From Minisyncoccota bacterium (GTDB lineage Bacteria > Patescibacteriota > Minisyncoccia > Phycocordibacterales > UBA9973), in NCBI GenBank assembly GCA_041667145.1, contig JBAYFP010000002.1:14436-78435 (forward strand): DNA of 64,000 nt, in the 5' to 3' direction. Below, piece by piece: positions 22,041 through 28,763 of this stretch (its first letter is position 1; each line of letters opens with the position of its first letter). The notes below the pieces were generated by a model, which made no database searches, was not told the origin of the DNA, and worked only from the letters and a program-made list of their open reading frames with translations. A program made the position numbers and the translations under genes.

Positions 22041-22760
22041 TTATCTACTAAATAATCTTTCAGCTAGGCAAGGTCTAGATGAATTTTTCCATTCCTCTAT
22101 CTTTTTATGATTCCCAGACAGTAATACTTTTGGAACTTTGTAATTTTTGTTTTTATATTTTAAAATTTCTGGACGAGTATAAACTTCGCTTGAAGATATT
22201 CTTTCTTCTTCTCGTGAATCGAAATTACCAAGTACACCTTCTATTTGACGAGAAATGCAGTCTACTAAAATCATGGCTGGGATTTCTCCACCAGTCAAAA
22301 CATAATCTCCTATTGATAATTTTTTGGTCTTTAATATTTTATCAACTCTTGCATCTATCCCCTCATATCTTCCACAAATCAAAATAATATCAGTATATTT
22401 TTTAGAAATTAATTTGGCATAAGTAGTTGTGAATTTTTCTGCACTAGGAATGAAATTAATTATTAAAATTTTTTTATTCCCCTCTTGAGGGGTGGCTCGC
22501 TTACGAGACGGGGTGGATATTTTTTTTACTACTGTTCTCACTGTTTCAAGCAGTGGCTCGGCTCTCATGACCATCCCCGGACCTCCACCATAGGGCTTAT
22601 CATCTACTGGTTTATAGTTAGTTTTATTTCCCTTAATAAAATCTCTGGGATTATAAAACTTCACAGAAATAAGCTTGTTTTTTATTGCCCGACCAATAAT
22701 AGACTCACTCAAATATGAATCAAATATGTCTGGGAAAATTGTAATTATATGAAAACGCAT
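22041..22760 (-). CDS. trmD: tRNA (guanine37-N1)-methyltransferase TrmD
   Basis: MRFHIITIFPDIF... and the SPOUT-knot region ILICGRYEGIDARV. The ORF track starts at 22781 with TTG; I take the ATG at 22758-22760. It contains a GC-rich insertion at 22474-22520. Confidence 0.85.
   Translation of the reverse strand: MRFHIITIFPDIFDSYLSESIIGRAIKNKLISVKFYNPRDFIKGNKTNYKPVDDKPYGGGPGMVMRAEPLLETVRTVVKKISTPSRKRATPQEGNKKILIINFIPSAEKFTTTYAKLISKKYTDIILICGRYEGIDARVDKILKTKKLSIGDYVLTGGEIPAMILVDCISRQIEGVLGNFDSREEERISSSEVYTRPEILKYKNKNYKVPKVLLSGNHKKIEEWKNSSRPCLAERLFSR
22062..22079. repeat. REP-like hairpin, third copy (agctaggcaaggtctaga, 1 mismatch)
   Basis: Same orientation as the copy at 21123. It lies inside the 3' end of the trmD ORF (encoding ...RPCLAE...). 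Confidence 0.75.
22474..22520. repeat. GC-rich hairpin element inside trmD (ttattcccctcttgaggggtg-N15-ggggtggatat); a paralogous copy lies in pheT
   Basis: Stem cccctc/gagggg plus the inner hairpin ctcg-ctta-cgag. It encodes STPSRKRATPQEGNKK in frame. It shares 22+11 identical nt with 37859-37901. Confidence 0.75.
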
Positions 22761-22784
22761 ATACAAAACATCATAATACAAAAA

Positions 22785-22815
22785 GAGCCCCGACGCACGT
22801 CGGGGCTCTTTTTAA
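22785..22815 (-). terminator. bidirectional intrinsic terminator hairpin (gagccccgacg-ca-cgtcggggctc) flanked by A5/T5 runs
   Basis: Perfect 11-bp GC-rich stem followed by tttttaa. It sits between the KH-protein gene and trmD. Confidence 0.7.
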
Positions 22816-22819
22816 TTCA

Positions 22820-23155
22820 TTAAATTCCTTTTAGATCTTCCATAGCCTGATCAACAGTTTTAGTTGTCATACCCTCATTAGCAGATCTTGGTTCTGGCCT
22901 CATACCACCTTCAGGTTCATTGATCTTCAAGTTCACACGAGCATTATTCTTCATACCTATTATACGTAATAGTGTACGAATAGCTTTTGCTGTGTTTCCC
23001 ATCCTTCCGATAATCTTACCCATATCAGCAGGATTTACCGTAAGAGAAATGAGCACGCCCATTTCATCGACAGTACGATCGAGTTTTACATCGTTCGGAT
23101 TGTCTACCAATGCCTTTACCACATACTCTAGAAATACTTTATCAGCGTCTTGCAT
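22820..23155 (-). CDS. KH-domain RNA-binding protein (KhpA/YlqC-like)
   Basis: GKIIGRMGNTAKAIRTLLRII is the KH GxxG motif. It lies between rpsP and trmD, as in the rpsP-khpA-(rimM)-trmD operon. Confidence 0.75.
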   Translation of the reverse strand: MQDADKVFLEYVVKALVDNPNDVKLDRTVDEMGVLISLTVNPADMGKIIGRMGNTAKAIRTLLRIIGMKNNARVNLKINEPEGGMRPEPRSANEGMTTKTVDQAMEDLKGI

Positions 23156-23267
23156 ATTATCTTAATATTTTAACCTTTTAATCAAAAATCTTTTGCAGCG
23201 TTACGACCTTAAGAAATTATTTATCACTGCTTTCCGTATTATACACAACCATCCAAAGGCGGGCAAG

Positions 23268-23576
23268 TTATTTTTTAGCTTTCAACTCTTTTCTTTTTAT
23301 AGTAGGTTTTTTCTTAGGCAACACATTCCTCTTCTTCCCTTCTATCACTTTCTGATGCACCATAAAATTATGCATCGTATCAGAAAGCTGAGCACCTTTT
23401 GAAACCCAATACTGTATTCTTTCAGTCTTAAAATTTGTCTCACCTGCCTTTGGATTATAAGTACCAACTATTTCTAAAAATCTTCCACTTTTTGTACTAT
23501 TTTTTGAATCAGTCAAAACCGCCCGAAACGATGGGTCGTTCTTTCTGCCTATCCTTTGTAATCTAATTTTTAACAT
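23268..23576 (-). CDS. rpsP: 30S ribosomal protein S16
   Basis: MLKIRLQRIGRKNDPSFRAVLTDSKNSTKSGRFLEIVGTYNP. Confidence 0.9.
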   Translation of the reverse strand: MLKIRLQRIGRKNDPSFRAVLTDSKNSTKSGRFLEIVGTYNPKAGETNFKTERIQYWVSKGAQLSDTMHNFMVHQKVIEGKKRNVLPKKKPTIKRKELKAKK

Positions 23577-23662
23577 AAAGACAGTCTAACATAACTTACA
23601 AAAAAGGCAACACGAAACATAAAAAATGTTTGTTTTTATGCTTTATGTTATATTTAATAATA

Positions 23663-25609
23663 ATGAAGAAAAAAATAACTAACAAAGCAGAGGGCATAAT
23701 ATCCATCTCCTCAAAAGGTACGGGGTATGTTAAAGTCCTTTGTTTTGAAGAAGACCCAGAGATAGACTTTAAACACTTAAATACCGCACTTCATGGCGAT
23801 ACAGTCGAGATAATACTCCATCCAAAAGGTAAAAAACGACTTACCGGAGAAGTATTGAAAGTAATCTCACGAATAAAAGTCGGTTTTTCGGGGGTATTAG
23901 AAAAAGAAAATGGTTTTTATTTCTTAAAGCCAGATGACACAAAAATGTATACCGATATTTTAATACCAGAAAAATTACTAAATAGCGCAAAAGTTGGTCA
24001 AAAAGTTTATGTAAAAATAACATCATGGGAAGATTCAAAGAAAGCACCAGAGGGTGAAGTAATAAAAATTTTAGGACAACCTGGTGATAATAATACAGAA
24101 ATGCATGCTATAGCTATTGAGAAAGGCTTTGATAGCGAACTACCTAAAAAAGTGGAAGAAGAGGCTAAAAAAATAAAAAATCTAGGAATAAAAAACGAAG
24201 ATTTCTTGGGACGACGAGATTTTAGGAAAACTCTTACATTTACTATTGACCCTGAAGATGCAAAAGATTTTGATGATGCTATATCGTTTAGGATTCTTCC
24301 CCCTCTCCTTAATGAGGAGAGGGGGCTAGGGGGTGAGGTGTATGAAATAGGCATCCACATAGCCGACGTCACTCACTATGTAAAAGTAGGAAGTGAAATC
24401 GATCATGAAGCAAAGAATAGAGGAACTTCTGTATATTTAGTGGACAGAACGATACCCATGCTTCCAGAAACACTTTCTAATGATTTATGTTCCCTGCTCC
24501 CTCATAAAGATAGACTCACAATGAGTGCTGTATTTATCATAGACAAGAATGCACATGTAAAAAAAGAATGGCATGGACGCACAGTAATACATTCACAAAA
24601 AAGATTTACTTATGAAGAGGCAGAAGAAACTATAAAAAAAATCGACGCACCACTGCATAAAGAACTTTCTATTTTAAATAATTTAGCAAAAAAATTAACA
24701 AAAGAAAGATTTGCCAATGGTGCTATCTCTCTCGAACAAGAAGAAGTGAAGTTCGTCTTGGATAAAAATGGAGTACCAATAAAAGTAATAAAAAAGGTAC
24801 GTGGTGATTCAAATAAATTAATTGAAGAATTTATGCTTCTCGCAAATAAAAAAGTTGCAGAGACAATCTCAAAAGGCACTAAAAAGGAAGGTGGTGTATT
24901 TGTATATAGAATACACGATAACCCTAGTAAAGAGAAAATGACCGACCTTGCATTCTTTTTGAGAAGTCTAGGACATAAAATATCATTAGTAGACGGAGTA
25001 ATACCAACCAATGAAATAAATGCCCTTTTAAAAAGTTTAGAAGGTAAAAGTGAAGAAAATACAGTGAATAGAGCAGTAGTACGTTCTATGGCAAAAGCCA
25101 TTTATTCTACAAAAAATATCGGACATTATGGACTTGCTTTTCCATATTACGCTCATTTTACTTCCCCCATCAGGCGTTATCCTGACATAGTAGTTCACAG
25201 ACTTTTGAACGATTATTTAAAGGGTATAAAAGTAGGAAAGGAAAAATTGAATATTTACGAAGAAATCTCTTTAAAAGCATCAGAGAGAGAGAAATATGCT
25301 TCCGATGCCGAAAGAGCATCTATAAAATATAAACAAGTTGAATACATGTCTTCTCGTATTGGAAAAACATTCAAAGGAATCATAAGTGGAATAACAGAGT
25401 GGGGTATATATGTGGAAGAAATAGAGACAAAATGTGAAGGCCTCGTACGAGTGAGAGATATGGAAGATGATTTTTATATCTATAATGAAAAGAAGTTAGA
25501 ATTACTTGGACAGAAAAAGAAAAAGAGATATAGGTTAGGAGATAACGTAAAAATAAAAGTAAAAAGTGTTGATTTAAAAAGAAAAACAATTGATTACACA
25601 TTGGTATGA
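23663..25609 (+). CDS. rnr: ribonuclease R / RNase II-family exoribonuclease
   Basis: An RNB catalytic domain (DPEDAKDFDDAIS...HIADVTHYV) and a C-terminal S1 domain. I prefer the ATG at 23663 (the ORF track starts at 23630). It contains a GC-rich hairpin insertion at 24299-24340. Confidence 0.85.
   Translation: MKKKITNKAEGIISISSKGTGYVKVLCFEEDPEIDFKHLNTALHGDTVEIILHPKGKKRLTGEVLKVISRIKVGFSGVLEKENGFYFLKPDDTKMYTDILIPEKLLNSAKVGQKVYVKITSWEDSKKAPEGEVIKILGQPGDNNTEMHAIAIEKGFDSELPKKVEEEAKKIKNLGIKNEDFLGRRDFRKTLTFTIDPEDAKDFDDAISFRILPPLLNEERGLGGEVYEIGIHIADVTHYVKVGSEIDHEAKNRGTSVYLVDRTIPMLPETLSNDLCSLLPHKDRLTMSAVFIIDKNAHVKKEWHGRTVIHSQKRFTYEEAEETIKKIDAPLHKELSILNNLAKKLTKERFANGAISLEQEEVKFVLDKNGVPIKVIKKVRGDSNKLIEEFMLLANKKVAETISKGTKKEGGVFVYRIHDNPSKEKMTDLAFFLRSLGHKISLVDGVIPTNEINALLKSLEGKSEENTVNRAVVRSMAKAIYSTKNIGHYGLAFPYYAHFTSPIRRYPDIVVHRLLNDYLKGIKVGKEKLNIYEEISLKASEREKYASDAERASIKYKQVEYMSSRIGKTFKGIISGITEWGIYVEEIETKCEGLVRVRDMEDDFYIYNEKKLELLGQKKKKRYRLGDNVKIKVKSVDLKRKTIDYTLV
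24299..24340. repeat. GC-rich hairpin element inside rnr (cccctctcc-ttaatga-ggagagggg + gctagggggtgagg)
   Basis: A 9-bp perfect stem. It encodes the extra loop LPPLLNEERGLGGE between the DDA and HIADV motifs, where orthologs have ~10 fewer residues. Confidence 0.7.
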
Positions 25610-27492
25610 GATCTATTTTAAACAAAAAAATTAAAATTGGTTTTTGGGTGATAATTGTTGTTGCCATAGGCATATCTTTTACATCTGTCATTCTAGACAA
25701 TATTAAATTTGAAGGAATAATAAAACCACAGGAAAATACTGCGACAGCGGTAGAATCTCTAACAGCAAAAAAACCTGAATATTTTTATTTCACAAAAGAC
25801 CCAAAACAAATTCCAAAAGTAGGAGCACAGGCATATCTAGTAGGTGATCTAGATACAGGAGAAATAATTATAAGAAAAAATCAGGACCAACAACTTCCCA
25901 TAGCTTCAGTCTCCAAACTCATGACAGCACTTACAGCGAAAGAATTAACAAACACAAATAATGCTACTGGCGTAACAAAAGTTTCGAAAAAAGCTCTAGC
26001 CACTTATGGAGAAAACGGTAACTTTAAATTAGGAGAAAAAGTGAAAGTTGCTGATCTATTTTATCCCCTACTTTTAGAATCAAGTAACGATGCTGCAGAA
26101 ATAATAGCCGAATTTTTCAATCGCGACACATTCTTAAAAAAGATGAATCAGGTAGCACTCAAATTAGATTTAACTAAAACTACATTCGATGACCCTAGTG
26201 GTTTGTCATCTAAAAATCAATCAACAGTTTCTGATTTATTTAAACTAACAGGATATATCAATCAAAAAAATCCAGATTTATTCCAAATCACCACGAAACG
26301 AAGCTACACCAATAAGGTACATACCTGGTTTAGCAATAATCAATTCCTACAAGAAGATGGATATATTGGTGGTAAAAGTGGTTATACTGACCCTGCATTA
26401 CAGACAGTGGTTTCTCTCTTTTCTCTTCCCCTGGGAGAAACGGGGACAAGAAATATAGCTATAACACTACTCCATAGCAAGGATCGCTTTAAAGATGTAG
26501 AAAACATACTGAAATATTTAAATAAAAATATTTATTATGGAGGAGAAGCTGATGCAAATACTGCTTGGGTAAAAGAAAGGACTGACTTGCCTCCTATCTA
26601 TGATCAAGATTTTGTAAATCTCACATTTGGTGGAGATATGATGCTCGATCGCGGAGTTAGAAATTCTATAAATAAAAATTTCCAGGGAGACTACTCAGCA
26701 CTTTTTGATAAATTAGGTATTTTGAAAAAATCAGATATAACTTTCGCAAACCTTGAAGGTCCGGCATCTGACGTTGGTAAAGATATGCGCAACCTATATT
26801 CATTTAGGATGGATCCATCAATTGTACCCGCTTTAAAAGGCGCAGGAATATCTGTGGTTTCGCTTGCAAATAATCACGTCGGAGATTGGGGACGTGATGC
26901 ATATATAGACACATTCGCACATTTAAAAGAAAACGAGATACTCTATACTGGAGGAGGACTAGCTTCATATGAAGCTGAACAACCTGTGATTATCGAAAAA
27001 TACGGAATTAAAATAGGATATCTAGGATTTTCAGACGTAGGGCCCAATTGGATGGTGGCAGGCGAAAACAAAGCTGGCCTACTCCTCGCCAACAATCCAC
27101 GTTTCGATGAAATAGTACAAAACGCCTCAAAACAAGTTGATTATCTTATAGTCACTATGCATTTCGGTGATGAATATAAGATTAAACACAATACTAGACA
27201 ACAATATTTAGCGCATAAAGCAATCGATGCCGGCGCAAAAATAGTCATTGGTACACACCCACATGTGATAGAAGATACAGAAGTGTATAAAAATGGTTTT
27301 ATCGCTTATTCTTTAGGTAACTTTATCTTTGATCAAGGATTTTCAACAAACACTATGGAAGGAATGCTTCTTGAAATTAAATTGAATAGAGATGGAAATA
27401 TGTCCATCAAAAAAGACATTGTTAAATTAAACAAATTTTTCCAACCAGATAAAGTGTTGATAGGAAAAGAAGAGAAATTAAAGTTAAAATAA
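25606..27492 (+). CDS. fusion protein: N-terminal D-alanyl-D-alanine carboxypeptidase (S11 PBP, SVSKLMT = SxxK) and C-terminal CapA/PgsA-like metallophosphatase domain
   Basis: TM anchor, then ASVSKLMTALTA, SSN, KSG-type motifs. The C-terminal half has FANLEGPASDVG...SLANNHVGDWG...GTHPHV, typical of the CapA family. Confidence 0.7.
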   Translation: MRSILNKKIKIGFWVIIVVAIGISFTSVILDNIKFEGIIKPQENTATAVESLTAKKPEYFYFTKDPKQIPKVGAQAYLVGDLDTGEIIIRKNQDQQLPIASVSKLMTALTAKELTNTNNATGVTKVSKKALATYGENGNFKLGEKVKVADLFYPLLLESSNDAAEIIAEFFNRDTFLKKMNQVALKLDLTKTTFDDPSGLSSKNQSTVSDLFKLTGYINQKNPDLFQITTKRSYTNKVHTWFSNNQFLQEDGYIGGKSGYTDPALQTVVSLFSLPLGETGTRNIAITLLHSKDRFKDVENILKYLNKNIYYGGEADANTAWVKERTDLPPIYDQDFVNLTFGGDMMLDRGVRNSINKNFQGDYSALFDKLGILKKSDITFANLEGPASDVGKDMRNLYSFRMDPSIVPALKGAGISVVSLANNHVGDWGRDAYIDTFAHLKENEILYTGGGLASYEAEQPVIIEKYGIKIGYLGFSDVGPNWMVAGENKAGLLLANNPRFDEIVQNASKQVDYLIVTMHFGDEYKIKHNTRQQYLAHKAIDAGAKIVIGTHPHVIEDTEVYKNGFIAYSLGNFIFDQGFSTNTMEGMLLEIKLNRDGNMSIKKDIVKLNKFFQPDKVLIGKEEKLKLK

Positions 27493-27588
27493 AAGTAGCT
27501 TCTGAAAAAATTCAAAAGCTACAAGATGAAAAATGACAAATTTCAAAAATAAACACCAGCCTAAGAAGTGAACATCTTATCTTTACTA

Positions 27589-28182
27589 TTAAAATTTGGG
27601 AAGATAAATTTTGTGTAGGCCACAAGAATAATATCCTACCTGCGAAACGAACGTTGACAAAGAAACACTCTCATCTAAAGAGGGAGTCTTCTTTGTCCCT
27701 GAAAATCCCAAATCATTATGCCAGGGATACTCAGTCTGCTCAGTCCCATCCAGCGTAAAGTAACGCCCGCTTATTTCATGCTTTTTTTCATACATTGCAT
27801 GAAAAGCCAATATAAGCCCTTCTTTTGGAAGAAGAAACTTAATCCCTTTTTTTTCAGCTCCTTCATACGTCTCCTCAGATAAATCAGGGCTAGGGTATCC
27901 CTCACCTTTAATGAAAAAAGCATAATTACCAACTGGACGTGGTTGTTCTAACTTAAATTTTTGAGACTCACAGAAATCTGTAAAAACACGATCTTCACAA
28001 AAAAAGTGATAATAAGCATCAATTATCCTTTTTTCTGAAATGGCCGGAATTACTACTTCAAAATAATTCATGCCTCCTATCTCAGAAGGCATAGAAATCG
28101 AATCCCAGTCAATGGGATAATTAAAGATATTTAAGTAAAACAACTCGATTTCCTTTTTAAGCAATTCTAAACTCTTTCCCAT
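27589..28182 (-). CDS. hypothetical protein
   Basis: 197-aa ORF with no recognisable domain. Convergent with the PBP-CapA gene. Confidence 0.45.
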   Translation of the reverse strand: MGKSLELLKKEIELFYLNIFNYPIDWDSISMPSEIGGMNYFEVVIPAISEKRIIDAYYHFFCEDRVFTDFCESQKFKLEQPRPVGNYAFFIKGEGYPSPDLSEETYEGAEKKGIKFLLPKEGLILAFHAMYEKKHEISGRYFTLDGTEQTEYPWHNDLGFSGTKKTPSLDESVSLSTFVSQVGYYSCGLHKIYLPKF

Positions 28183-28303
28183 ATTTCGCTCCTTTTATGT
28201 GATGAACAAGGTTCTGAATTTCCGTTTTGTATATTATATCATAACATCAGAAAAAAGCAACCACCAGTTTACACATATACGCCATGACTGATACGTGTAT
28301 ACG

Positions 28304-28720
28304 TTAAAATTTTTCTATATAGGATTTTGCTAGCTTAAATGTTTTAAATTTATCCCCCATCTTAATTTCTTTTAAATAATCCAAAAAATCCCTCGGCAAT
28401 GGGGATGGCCCAACCCAGACACTTTTTTGAATCATTATATAATCAAACTTTATTAATTGTCGTCTAAACCAGTCACGTTCTTTTTTCATTGAATGTGGAA
28501 TATCATACATCACCATCAAATTTTTAGAAGAATCTTTTTTAAAAGGTGAAGAAAAAGTAATATGATAAAAAGTCCTTTTTCTGTTTTCTTTTTTTACACG
28601 ACTTTTTCTTCCTTGTGAAAAAATAGGAATCCCAAAAGAATTTACTTCCACTCCTTTATAAAATAATTTCTTTTTGGGATTCATATACAAACTATACCAC
28701 CCCATCCCCATATACGCCAT
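28304..28720 (-). CDS. hypothetical protein with a Cas2/VapD-like C-terminal motif (LMVMYDIP...RRQLIKFDYIMIQKSVWVG)
   Basis: The pattern (hydrophobic)-YDI ... R..L...(G/D)...Q.SVW resembles the Cas2/VapD ferredoxin-like fold. There is no CRISPR array nearby. The start is uncertain because the first codons lie inside a perfect 28-nt palindrome. Confidence 0.35.
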   Translation of the reverse strand: MAYMGMGWYSLYMNPKKKLFYKGVEVNSFGIPIFSQGRKSRVKKENRKRTFYHITFSSPFKKDSSKNLMVMYDIPHSMKKERDWFRRQLIKFDYIMIQKSVWVGPSPLPRDFLDYLKEIKMGDKFKTFKLAKSYIEKF

Positions 28721-28734
28721 GGCGTATATGGGGA
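28707..28734. repeat. perfect 28-nt GC-rich palindrome ccccatatacgccatggcgtatatgggg; its half-site 'catatacgccatg' recurs at 28274-28286
   Basis: Read directly from the sequence. The two copies bracket the Cas2/VapD-like ORF. Confidence 0.7.
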
Positions 28735-28763
28735 TTAGTTAAAATTCTTTTATAATCTATTAG

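Noticed and set aside
28183-28763. CRISPR array near the Cas2-like ORF
   Set aside because: No series of regularly spaced direct repeats is present anywhere in the window. There are only two or three copies of a palindrome flanking the ORF.
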